Positions 12,140 to 22,897 of a stretch of DNA of 44,538 nt are shown here, in pieces. The DNA lies in NCBI RefSeq assembly GCF_001194135.2, contig NC_068981.1, positions 31,434,637-31,479,174 of the forward strand, written 5' to 3'. The position numbers and the translations under genes are program-made. Below the pieces are notes generated by a model. That model was given only the letters and a program-made list of their open reading frames with translations, had not been told where the DNA came from and did no database searches. Position 1 is the stretch's first letter. The number at the start of each line of letters is the position of its first letter. Source of the stretch: Octopus bimaculoides. Lineage: Eukaryota.

Positions 12140-12720
12140 GGGTCAAAAGAAAAGGAGATAGTGAGACAGTGGCCTAAAGGAGATAGTAAGATAGTGGGCT
12201 AAAAGAGATAGTGAGACAGTGGNNNNNNNNNNNNNNNNNNNNNNNNNNNNNNNNNNNNNNNNNNNNNNNNNNNNNNNNNNNNNNNNNNNNNNNNNNNNNN
12301 NNNNNNNNNNNNNNNNNNNNNNNNNNNNNNNNNNNNNNNNNNNNNNNNNNNNNNNNNNNNNNNNNNNNNNNNNNNNNNNNNNNNNNNNNNNNNNNNNNNN
12401 NNNNNNNNNNNNNNNNNNNNNNNNNNNNNNNNNNNNNNNNNNNNNNNNNNNNNNNNNNNNNNNNNNNNNNNNNNNNNNNNNNNNNNNNNNNNNNNNNNNN
12501 NNNNNNNNNNNNNNNNNNNNNNNNNNNNNNNNNNNNNNNNNGGGCTAAAAGAGATAGTGAGACAGTGGTCTAAAGGAGATAGTAAGATAGTGGGCTAAAA
12601 GAGATAGTGAGACAGTGGCCTAAAGGAGATAGTAAGATAGTGGGCTAAAAGAGATAGTGAGACAGTGGCCTAAAGGAGATAGTAAGATAGTGGGCTAAAA
12701 GAGATAGTGAAACAGTGGTC
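12140..12720. repeat. 50-bp minisatellite made of two related 25-bp subunits
   Basis: Unit GGGCTAAAAGAGATAGTGAGACAGT+GGCCTAAAGGAGATAGTAAGATAGT occurs on both sides of the 12223-12541 gap, with about 3.5 near-identical units after it. Confidence 0.95.
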
Positions 12721-12879
12721 TAAAGAAGCTGAAAGAGAGAGAGAGAGAGGAAGACAGAATTGTGCAATGAATTATTAGTTGAAACCAAAAAAGATGAAAA
12801 AAAGATTGAGAAAAGCGTAATAAAGGAAGGAAAATAGGAAAAGTGAAAGTTGATAAGTGAAGTATTCAAAATAGAAAGG

Positions 12880-12941
<62 letters not shown>

Positions 12942-13139
12942 GAAAGAAACACAGACAGACAGAGACAGAGAGACAGAGAGACGGAGAGACAGAGAGAGAG
13001 TCGGGGAAAGGGAGACGGGGTAAAAGAAAAAAGACGGATGAACCATACTGAGAGTCATTTATGATTATTTAATTCAGAGGGGAGAAGGTAGGTGATTGTT
13101 GACGTAGAAATTGGGAAGAATGAGGCAATGAAACGGGAG

Positions 13140-13242
<103 letters not shown>

Positions 13243-13659
13243 TTACAAAAAGTTGAAAAAGAAAGAAAGAAAGAACGAAACAGAGCAATGGGTGTGAAGG
13301 ATGGTGAAGTGGAAGGGACCAAAATACGAATGGAATAACACAGATTTAGTAGAAGTCTGAGAATGTAAAACAGCATTAAAGAATTTATCCGTACATGGAC
13401 CGACGTGTTTGCGTGCACACACACGCACACATACATACACACGCAATCGCACACACAGATTCACGCACACATGTATATATGTATCTATGTGTGTGTGTGT
13501 GTGCGTGTATACGCGTGTGCTTGTGTGCGTGTGTGTATACGTTATGTGTATGTCATAGTCATTCTTTATACTCTTATTGCATAACTCGTCTCCTAATTTT
13601 TATTAAATTAACGAACTTCCCTTTTTTGCTATCCAATACTCTATTTCCCACTCATTCTC

Positions 13660-13692
<33 letters not shown>

Positions 13693-13740
13693 TACTCTCT
13701 CTCTCTCTCTCTCTCCCTAGATTGGTAACCACTACACATT

Positions 13741-13895
13741 CTTTATTTTCTCTCCTTGTTTCTTTCTGTGTTCCTTTCTGTGGAAGAGCGTAGGCTCGAA
13801 ATGTTAAAGACCTTTACCCCTCCCGAGCGTTAAACTAATACATCTGTTTATTGTCTACACCACCTGTCTTCGTCTTTTATGTTTTGTAATTTCTC
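13741..13895 (+). mobile_element. Short dispersed repeat carrying a hammerhead-like motif (probable Penelope-like terminal repeat), copy 2
   Basis: Homologous to 7716-7862; both copies follow a CT-rich tract. Confidence 0.7.
13774..13809 (+). ncRNA. Minimal type I hammerhead-like motif with a non-canonical core (CUGUGGA-A)
   Basis: Helix I CTTT (13774-77)/AAAG (13806-09); core CTGTGGA plus A; helix II GAGC-gtag-GCTC; GAAA; helix III AT/GT; triplet GUU. Confidence 0.6.
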
Positions 13896-14695
13896 CCTAT
13901 NNNNNNNNNNNNNNNNNNNNNNNNNNNNNNNNNNNNNNNNNNNNNNNNNNNNNNNNNNNNNNNNNNNNNNNNNNNNNNNNNNNNNNNNNNNNNNNNNNNN
14001 NNNNNNNNNNNNNNNNNNNNNNNNNNNNNNNNNNNNNNNNNNNNNNNNNNNNNNNNNNNNNNNNNNNNNNNNNNNNNNNNNNNNNNNNNNNNNNNNNNNN
14101 NNNNNNNNNNNNNNNNNNNNNNNNNNNNNNNNNNNNNNNNNNNNNNNNNNNNNNNNNNNNNNNNNNNNNNNNNNNNNNNNNNNNNNNNNNNNNNNNNNNN
14201 NNNNNNNNNNNNNNNNNNNNNNNNNNNNNNNNNNNNNNNNNNNNNNNNNNNNNNNNNNNNNNNNNNNNNNNNNNNNNNNNNNNNNNNNNNNNNNNNNNNN
14301 NNNNNNNNNNNNNNNNNNNNNNNNNNNNNNNNNNNNNNNNNNNNNNNNNNNNNNNNNNNNNNNNNNNNNNNNNNNNNNNNNNNNNNNNNNNNNNNNNNNN
14401 NNNNNNNNNNNNNNNNNNNNNNNNNNNNNNNNNNNNNNNNNNNNNNNNNNNNNNNNNNNNNNNNNNNNNNNNNNNNNNNNNNNNNNNNNNNNNNNNNNNN
14501 NNNNNNNNNNNNNNNNNNNNNNNNNNNNNNNNNNNNNNNNNNNNNNNNNNNNNNNNNNNNNNNNNNNNNNNNNNNNNNNNNNNNNNNNNNNNNNNNNNNN
14601 NNNNNNNNNNNNNNNNNNNNNNNNNNNNNNNNNNNNNNNNNNNNNNNNNNNNNNNNNNNNNNNNNNNNNNNNNNNNNNNNNNNNNNNNNNNNNNT

Positions 14696-14856
14696 TTCTT
14701 GCTGTCTCTCTCTTTCTTGCTGTCTCTCTCTTTCTTGCTCTCTCTCTCTTTCTTGCTGTCTCTCTCTTTCTTGCTGTCTCTCTCTTTCTTGCTCTCTCTC
14801 TTTCTTGCTCTCTCTCTCTTTCTTGCTCTCTCTCTCTTTCTTGCTCTCTCTCTCTC
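14696..14856. repeat. 18-bp CT-rich minisatellite (TTTCTTGCTSTCTCTCTC)n
   Basis: About 9 tandem units immediately after a gap. Confidence 0.9.
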
Positions 14857-14881
14857 ACCGCCACATATTCACATACATATA

Positions 14882-15736
14882 CAGGCTAAATTTGATATTT
14901 TCTGTCACTTTGGTGAACAGTCCACGGTATTGAAGAGCATAAAGATTAAAGCTATAGCGGAGAAAATGTTAGCTAACATGGCAAACTGGAAGCCATCTTA
15001 ATATTGGAAGAGAGTTACCTGTTTCATGATGATTTGAGCTGGGTATCAACATGGAGGTATCATGACTGCTGATCAGTGCTCTGTGAACACTTCAAAGGTT
15101 GTATGATGAGACATGGACAGCTGCAACGGAGATAACGAAGCCACGGCCATCAGGAAGGGACTCAACAGCGTCCTCACTGCGTTTGCAAGCCAGAATTTAA
15201 CCCCAAACTGGTGAATTTATCTAAAAACTGACTCAATTTAGACGACAATGTGATGCTGCTGTAGACTGTTGTCAAAACTAGGCTGGAGAGGGTTACTGTT
15301 AGAAGGCCGTATGTGTAGCAGCAGTATTCGCTTATTCGGCATAAGTCTGGAAAGTGTCAGTCGTGCTTGCCGGAGAATTTCTGCGACTTCACCATCGCCA
15401 ATTTCTGGCCTCCTAATTCCATCAATTGTTTTACTATGGATTACTATGGGTGTAGTGCAGTTGAGAAAGATACCAACCACTCTGCCTGATACACCAAGGC
15501 CAAGATGGCTATCGAGATCGTGGAGTTCTGCAAAGGTCTTCCTATTGACACAGTGCGGAACGCATTTGCTAGGTTCTGGAGCCGTCTTGAAGCCAGTGGC
15601 TACCCTGAGTAAAATGTTATTTCCGAGCCATAATCTAGTTGAGGTCTTTTGAGTTTTTAAAATACATTTATTTTGGGATGGATTATTGTTTTCTTTTTCT
15701 TTTATACAAACTGTCAAATTTAGCCCGAACACTCTG
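14882..15736 (+). mobile_element. Decayed, internally deleted Tc1/mariner maT (DD37D) transposon
   Basis: Translation from about 15280: VKTRLERVTVRRPYV*QQYS..ENFCDFTIANFWPPNSINCFTMDYY..VEKDTN. The QQ(D>Y)S codon at 15325 and the D at 15439 are separated by exactly 37 codons. Inverted GGCTAAATTTGA (14884-95)/TCAAATTTAGCC (15714-25); TA on both flanks. Confidence 0.88.
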
Positions 15737-15738
15737 TA

Positions 15739-15771
<33 letters not shown>

Positions 15772-15796
15772 ACACACACACGCACACACACACACA

Positions 15797-15834
<38 letters not shown>

Positions 15835-15898
15835 CACGTATATTTTTCTGTTTGCATAATCTATGTCATTATTCAGTTTATTTCAAGATTTCTTGCCA

Positions 15899-16145
15899 AT
15901 AGAGAAAGAAACGGCTTCTAACCTAGATCGAAGGTTCCTTCATTGGAATTTCAACATCAACAACAGGGTATCTTTGTTTGCATATATGTAAGTATGTATG
16001 TATGCATGTATGTATGTATGTATTATGTATGTATGCATGCATGTATGTGCAGATTTGTCTGTTCTGTGTATGTATTCTCATGCATATAGTTACACATCTA
16101 GACATGCTCATATATATTTAAATGATAAACTTCTGGAAATTACAG
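15899..16145 (+). repeat. Unclassified dispersed repeat, copy 2 (with an internal TATG expansion)
   Basis: Homologous to 9051-9248. Confidence 0.85.
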
Positions 16146-16737
16146 GTATATCTGAACTTGTAATCTGGATGGAGTAATAGCAGATTTCTCAATAGTTCAG
16201 TATATATGTATATATGCATGTATGTATGCATGTATGTATGTATGTATTTATGTCTACATGTATAATACATGTTTGAGCGTGTTTGTGCTGCGCGTTCTAA
16301 GTCTTTAAGTAGCTGAGTTTCTTTTTTTTTTTAGCAGGGAACAAGTGGTTTCACGCAAAATAATAAGAATGAAACGCAGTTATTCAACCGTAATTTAAAC
16401 ATTTGTAGTTCAGGTAGTTTCGTTAGAGTGAAAGCAAACGGACGTCAAACGATATTACTTATAGCATCAGATACGAATACCTATAGGCTGATTCAGGCAT
16501 CTACTACATTCATGTACACACACACACACATACACACACACACACANNNNNNNNNNNNNNNNNNNNNNNNNNNNNNNNNNNNNNNNNNNNNNNNNNNNNN
16601 NNNNNNNNNNNNNNNNNNNNNNNNNNNNNNNNNNNNNNNNNNNNNNNNNNNNNNNNNNNNNNNNNNNNNNNNNNNNNNNNNNNNNNNNATATATATATAT
16701 ATATATATATATACATACGAAAGTATGTCTGGTCGTT

Positions 16738-17870
16738 TCTGTTATGTGTTTCAGCCATGCAGCTGCCGTCATGCCGGAGTCCCATCTTGACTTTGTCCTC
16801 TTCTCGCAGCCCTCTAACGTGGTTGATTTATTCTGCGCTGTAGGGTTTTATATTACTTCTCTTCCCTGTGCTTTTTTTCATGGTCGTTGCCTTCGATGGT
16901 GTATGAAGTAGTTTGACACCGTCGCGCGTATCTGAACTTCATGTTGAGATGTTGCTAGTTCTGATATCGTAGACAAAAGTATGTCCACTTTCGTTTTCAA
17001 GACATCAACTTCCAATTTCGTTTTCAAGATATCAGCATCCATATCGTTTAGTTTTCTTAATTTTTGAGGGGCAAAGCATTTAAGAGCTCTACCCCTTTGA
17101 ATCTCAAATCATTAAAGTACTGGTTCTCACAGTAAACGGAGTGGACGGTACCTTTGATACTCCGTAATGACGTTCATTAGGGGCATTTGTATAACGTTTG
17201 ATGTCTTAGTTAGGTACAACCTTTCTAGAATTTTCCACATGTAAATTATAACATATCTGTCGCTTCTTCACTCCAGTGGGTAACGTCGTAATTTTCCAGC
17301 TTCTCCTTGTTGTTCATCTGCTGCACTGTGATAATCTTTTTAATTCAGTAGCGTTGGAACACTTAAACCTCCGCTTGAAACAATGTGGTGACACAGCTTA
17401 GAGCAGTAATCCAGGTGGCTGAGAGCAAGGACGTTCCGTAGGTCAACTTGACTTCTTAGTCTTTTGTCCTGAAGAATCTTAGTATTCGTCCGGGAAATTA
17501 TCTACATTTTGCTGCCATCTTGATATCATGCACATGAAATAATGCATCATTACACATACAGATCCACAGGTTTTTCATTGTCTGACTCTAGGATTCCAGG
17601 CTTCGCTGCATTTATGGACTGATAGAGCAGTGCTTGAAAGTTTCCAGCATTAAACAGAATGTTCTTTTGTTTGACTCATTTGTATACTGCAGTTATGTCC
17701 TGCTGTAAGCTTGCGACATCGTCAGGGTTCTTTGTTGCCTGCTATAACTTTGTATCAACAGCGTAGCTAATGACTGGCTGTTGGAGTGATGTCTAAGGGA
17801 GTTACTATAAGCAGTAATGGTCTCAAGATTCCCACTTGGGAACTGCACTCACAATTTCTGTTTGTATTCG
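16738..17870 (-). mobile_element. 5'-truncated, decayed CR1-clade LINE (RT C-terminal half plus 3' UTR)
   Basis: Minus-strand translation with stops and frameshifts: AVP..LRPLLLIV..SYAVDTK (YADDTK motif)..LQQDITAVYK*..NILFNAGNFQAL..LSHLDYCSKL..YPLE*RSDRYVIIYMWKILE. Contains an in-frame 27-bp duplication at 16989-17042. Confidence 0.9.
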
Positions 17871-18031
17871 TTCAGCGTGCACCGCTTATCAGAGAATCAA
17901 TGTCGCTGTATAATATATGTAATGTGCATGTATGTTTGTATAAGTGCCTTTGTATATGTCTTAAGCTCAGTGATGTTAGGCTGCAGAAGCTGCACATGTG
18001 CACATAGATGAGAATATGTACATGTATACAT

Positions 18032-18064
<33 letters not shown>

Positions 18065-18083
18065 AAATATATATATATATATA

Positions 18084-19354
18084 GCGTGTAATGGGCAAAT
18101 TTTCGCTATTTCATATTTTTAGTTTCGCGCATGCGCATCGTTTATTTTTGATTTTGCCAAATACACAGAATAGTAGGATTGGTTGGGTACCGTCTGTGAG
18201 AGAAACAGTACCACGACGCGATTCACTCTGCCAGGAATTTGGAAACGACATGCTGTACTGCTTGGCATTCGCGCCAGAAGCTTCACTACGAACATTTTAG
18301 AGTGTTTGGGTGTCAATCTGAGGACGGTGCAGAGGATTCGAAAAGAGATGGATGAGTCTAATGGTGATTACGAAGGAAATCCCACTCTGATCGTTCTGAT
18401 AAGAAAAGAAATCGGGAATCATTTTTGTTGAGATCCGGACCACGATTGACAACGATCCATCCTAGTCAACCAGGTCCACCACTAGAGACGTGGGAGTGAC
18501 TGAGTTTCTTATCATGCCGGTAGTGCATAAAATAATTGTATATTCTCATACAAGATGAGAAAGGGCCAGTTTTTATCCCAAGCCATCAAGAACAATAGGA
18601 AAGACCGCGCTACGAAGCCTTTGAACAAACTCAGACATCCCCTCAAACTGAACATGCTTTGGTTTTTCTCAGAAAAATTTCTGCCAAGATCAGATGGTGA
18701 ACGCACAAAACAACCGTTGACTTGCCATGTCCCCAAAACATATACCGAGAGTGATAAAAATGAAACATCCAGTCAACATCATGATATTTGGCTGATCACT
18801 AGTGATGGCAACAGCATGACTGCATTCATCTCCCCACACGACCTCAGACTCACACGGAGGCCTACATCAAGTACTTGAAGGAGGTAGAGCTGCCCTGAGT
18901 CAACAGGATGGTTACTGGAAGATGCTACAGGACTCTACACCATGCCACACACGCGGAAGAACCCAGTTATGGCTGTTAGACAATTTCTGCGAGCACATTA
19001 TCCCTAACATCTGGTCACGTAAGTCACCAAAATACAACCCTATTGGTTGTTATGTGTGGAGCACAGTTTAGCGAGCGACCAACAAAACTCCTTGTTGCAC
19101 GAAAGATGAACTAAGGACAAGGATTATAGCAGCGTTCACCAACCTAAACAAGGAGACTGTCCAGAAGTTGCAGGAGATTTAAAAATCGTCTGGATGCCAT
19201 GGTTGAAGCCAATGGCGATTATATTGAATAAATTTACTCTTTAGTATTTCAAGATAATTTTTTGTACTTTTGGTAAATATATCTGTTAAAATGGTTAAAA
19301 TGAGATGTCAGTGTTATTTTCATTTTTGCCTAATTTAGATTTATTCACCGCACC

Positions 19355-19357
<3 letters not shown>
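18084..19357 (+). mobile_element. Near full-length decayed Tc1/mariner maT (DD37D, Bmmar1-like) transposon
   Basis: Frameshifted transposase: WKRHAVLLGIRA..LGVNLRTVQRIRKEMDESNGDYEG..MRKGQFLSQA..NMLWFFS-EK..QDSTPCHT..WLLDNFCEHIIPNIWSRKSPKYNPIG. The D at 18931 and the mutated D>G at 19045 are 37 codons apart. About 1.27 kb, TA flanks, weak degenerate TIRs. Confidence 0.92.
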
Positions 19358-19385
<28 letters not shown>

Positions 19386-19461
19386 CAATATATGAGTATA
19401 TGCATATATATGTACATATATGTACATACCTTCATCTACATGTACATATAGATACATAACT

Positions 19462-19609
19462 GGGTACATGACATGGCAAAAGAACATGGACAAAAAGATA
19501 AACAAGGTACAACAAACAAGCAAGCCACATAGAAACATCTCCTTCATCAGCTGCCACCATTAAACACCGGCGTTTCGAAGAATTAAGGCAGTACGCATCG
19601 TTGAAATGG
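19462..19609 (-). mobile_element. Second short repeat family (probable Penelope-like end), copy 2, with a degenerate hammerhead-like fold
   Basis: Minus strand: CCATT-TCAACGA-...-TTC-GAAAC-GCCGGT-GTT-T-AATGG..CTGATGAAGGAGATGTTTCTATGTG..GTACCC; related to 8013-8184. Confidence 0.55.
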
Positions 19610-20110
19610 TTCTTCCCACAAACACAAATTAAATTTTTTTCGTGGAGGGTAGTGGCGGACAGAAAACAAGACAGGAAAACGAAACGGTGAATAAACAAAC
19701 AAGCAAAAAGGCTGTACAGCCAGACGTGAAGTGTGTATGTATTGAACGCTGTGAACCACGAACAGGAGGGGCAAAGAAGTCCGTGCGAGCTTGGGGAGTC
19801 CAAGAACGAAAAGAAATAGCAGCCGGACACACGTGACCAGGACTGTGTGAAGAGAAAGAGTAGCAGAGGGAAAAGAAGGGGAGGAAGTAGAATAAAAGTG
19901 AGCAGCGAGAGGTAGAGAGGGAGAGAGATAGTAGTGACAGGGAGAGGCGAAGAACAGTAGAGGTAAGAATGAGAGGGGAAGAATGAGAGGGGAAGATAGA
20001 TATAGAGATAGAGAGAGTCGCGTTAGAAAAATAGTTAAAACGTACTGTATAAAGGTTAACGCGTGCGCTCTGTCGTCATACAAACAATATATTAGTATAT
20101 GCATATATAT

Positions 20111-20111
<1 letters not shown>

Positions 20112-20196
<85 letters not shown>

Positions 20197-20237
20197 ATAT
20201 GTATGTATGTATGTATGTATAGATGTATAGATGTATG

Positions 20238-20280
<43 letters not shown>
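20112..20280. repeat. Compound (AC)n(AT)n(GTAT)n(AC)n microsatellite
   Basis: Direct reading. Confidence 0.95.
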
Positions 20281-20283
<3 letters not shown>

Positions 20284-20291
20284 GTTAATGA

Positions 20292-20505
20292 GGGTGTATG
20301 GTCTAGTGGTTATAATGCTGCACTTGAGATCACGAGGTCATGGTTTCAATTCCTGGGTCTGATGATGCGTTGTGTTATTGAGTAGAACATTTCCTCTCAC
20401 GTTGCTCTGCCATCCCTTCGATACCTGACGTATGGTACACCGTGCACCTGTTCAGGTAACAAGGATTTGATAGAGGGCATGAACTGAAGTCTAGCTCACT
20501 ATAGA
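20292..20505 (+). mobile_element. tRNA-derived SINE (family C-like head)
   Basis: A-box TGGTCTAGTGG, B-box GGTTTCAATTCC, then gcgttgtgttattgagtagaacatttcctctcacgttgctc as in family C. Confidence 0.75.
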
Positions 20506-20776
20506 CATTTGCGCAGGTTTTGCAAAATAGAAATTGCAGAACCGTCTTCCTCGGACTTCGGTAAACTACCCTATGATAATATCTGGTTAATAGATGCTTA
20601 ATTGCGTCTGTATATGTGAGTGTGTGCGCGTATATTTGAGTGTAAATGTTGGGGGTAAAATAATGTGTGACGAATGAGAATATAGGAACTAAGTTGTTGA
20701 AAATTTATAAGTTTCATTTTGGTAGGAGTGTCATATAAAGTGAATGTGTGCGAGTGCTGCATTTTCTCGTTTCTGT

Positions 20777-20923
20777 GTTCGTGTGTCGGAACGATTGAAA
20801 TGTATGTATCTTAGTGTGTCTATCTTTCTGCATTAATTCTATCCAAGCGTTCGTGTGTCGGAATGATTATTGAAATGTATGTATCTTAATGTGTCTATGT
20901 TTGTACATTAATTCTATCCAAGC
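20777..20923. repeat. Tandem duplication, 72 bp + 75 bp
   Basis: gttcgtgtgtcggaa..attaattctatccaagc occurs at 20777-20848 and 20849-20923. Confidence 0.95.
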
Positions 20924-21066
20924 GTATATTCGAGTACATAAGTAATCATGTGGGATTTTAGTTTTGGCTTATACGTGTTGTTTTCATGTTGGTGTGTGTA
21001 TGTGTGGGCGTGTGTGCTAATTCATGTTTAATTTAGCTCAGTAGTGTGTAATCTGTTAATTTTTAA

Positions 21067-21270
21067 TTCTTTTATTCTTTTACTTAATTCAGTCATTTGA
21101 CTACGGCCATGCAGGAACACTGCATTAACAGGATTTCGTCGAACAAATCGACCCCAAGCCTATTACTTATTCCATCGGTGTCTTTTGCCGAACCACTGTA
21201 TTACGTAAGCACACCAAAACTGGTTCTCAAGCGGTGATGGGGATAAACGTAGGAACAAAGACACACGCGC
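21067..21270 (-). mobile_element. SINE family A, 3' half
   Basis: ttcttttattcttttacttaattcagtcatttgactacggccatgc..gaacaaatcgacccc..tcttttgccgaacc followed by (CA)n. Confidence 0.85.
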
Positions 21271-21275
21271 ATATG

Positions 21276-21330
<55 letters not shown>

Positions 21331-21859
21331 TACGATCTGATGGTTGTCTGATCTGGCATACATGCGCTCATGACACGCATTATATTTATTTGGTCTTGAT
21401 GAAAGGAGTCCCTCTCTGAACCCACGAAGGAGACTGAGCGCTCGTATGTTAAGATTTCATACAAGCACGCACGCACAGAAATGCACATGCACACATATAC
21501 ATACACATATATACTAATAAGAAATAAGAAAAAAATTATTTAGCAAGATGACGAATTTATAATTTACATTATCAAATTGATAATTCATCAAGTATAATTA
21601 GAAACTTCACGCTCGGATTCCTCTCTTAGCATCATTCGCACGTTTGCAATATAAATAAATAAATACATAATTCGTATATTCAATTATCCTTGGTAACATA
21701 GGCAAACACTTTCTCGCTCGTGACATATAGATATATATCGCTTGTGTATGTACATATACACACGTAAGTCCGAGCATGCACTTACGTTAATGGAAGAAGG
21801 GAGATAATAGTGTGACAATATACAAATAGTCGATATTAACCTTCTGAATAGGTAACCAC

Positions 21860-22161
21860 GGCGACATGATGGTGGTGATGGTGATGAAGATGATGATGAT
21901 GATGACGACGACGACGACGATGATGGTAATATTTATGATGCTCAGGATACTGCTTCTGCTACTTATAATGATGATGATGGTGATTGCAACAATGGAGTTT
22001 ACGATTCTAATGATAATGCTGAGTGTGATGATCAAAACCACTTTGATCTTGGTCGATGATGATGATACTCCTAATCATTGATTTCAAGTAATAGTAGTAG
22101 CAGCAGTAGTAGTAGTAGTAGAAGTAGCAGTCACTGTCATCATCGTCGCAAAGTACTAGTT

Positions 22162-22224
<63 letters not shown>

Positions 22225-22385
22225 AAATTAATAGAAGTAGTTGTAGTGTTTAGTGTTGTTTTTGTTGTTGCTGGAAGACTGGACGAAGTAGAAGCTAATG
22301 GCAATGGTTGCTATTATTGAGCTACGATGGTAGTGGTATTAATTGTTATGTTCTTTTCCCTTTTGCGGTAGAGCAAAAGTTGTTT

Positions 22386-22427
<42 letters not shown>

Positions 22428-22440
22428 CGATGATGTTTGT
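21860..22440. repeat. Decayed trinucleotide repeat tract (ATG/GAC/AGT)
   Basis: Direct reading. Confidence 0.9.
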
Positions 22441-22560
22441 GATAGGGTGTAGTTGAGGTGAGGGTTGTTCGGATGATAGTAATGGTCTTGAAAAAACGTA
22501 AGTTTGGGGGCCAAACTGTTAAGGCGGCGCATAAAAGTGACATATATGATATGGTGAAAG

Positions 22561-22655
22561 CAGTTGCGTAGCTAATAAGGGAGCAGGAGGAGTGGCCGCT
22601 CCCCACGAGCACATTTTTTCAAAATTGGCGCCTTTTCACCATTTTTGAAAACTCT
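22561..22655 (+). mobile_element. Possible terminal fragment of a non-autonomous DNA transposon (MITE)
   Basis: CAGTTGCGTAGCTAATAAGGGAGCAGGAGGAGTGGCCGCTCCCC resembles the CAGTGGCGTAGC..GGGGCAGGGGGAGCGGCCGCCCC MITE terminus. No partner end was found. Confidence 0.35.
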
Positions 22656-22685
22656 CCATATCCATATCAGTATTCTTTTTTTTTT

Positions 22686-22820
22686 TCTTTTATTTGTTTC
22701 AGTCATTTGATTGGGGCCATTCTGGAGCACCGCCTTTAGCCGAACCGTTAAGTTACGGGGACGTAAACACAGCATCATCGGTTGTCAAGCGATGTTGGAG
22801 GGACAAACACAAAGAAACAA

Positions 22821-22897
<77 letters not shown>

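Noticed and set aside
12140-12720. CRISPR-like regular repeat
   Set aside because: Tandem units with no unique spacers, in a eukaryotic context with no cas genes
15238-15765. 175-aa minus-strand ORF and 127-aa plus-strand ORF
   Set aside because: They are the antisense and an off-frame reading of the decayed maT transposase; the transposase frame itself has stops
17690-17726. CTGACGA-TGTC..GACA on the minus strand
   Set aside because: Lies inside the CR1 RT coding relic (PDDVASLQQDI) and lacks GAAA
20292-20360. tRNA gene-like sequence (also at 23650, 27197, 30400-30464, 41220-41286)
   Set aside because: A and B boxes are present but there is no complete cloverleaf, and each continues into a SINE body; these are SINE heads, not tRNA genes
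21395-21440. TTGATGA..CTGA..CTGA cluster (snoRNA- or hammerhead-like)
   Set aside because: Too short for a C/D snoRNA, and GAAC replaces GAAA with no helix III for a hammerhead
21860-22070. Asp-rich reading frame (DDGGDGDEDDDD..)
   Set aside because: A decayed (GAT)n microsatellite with no splice sites or start context
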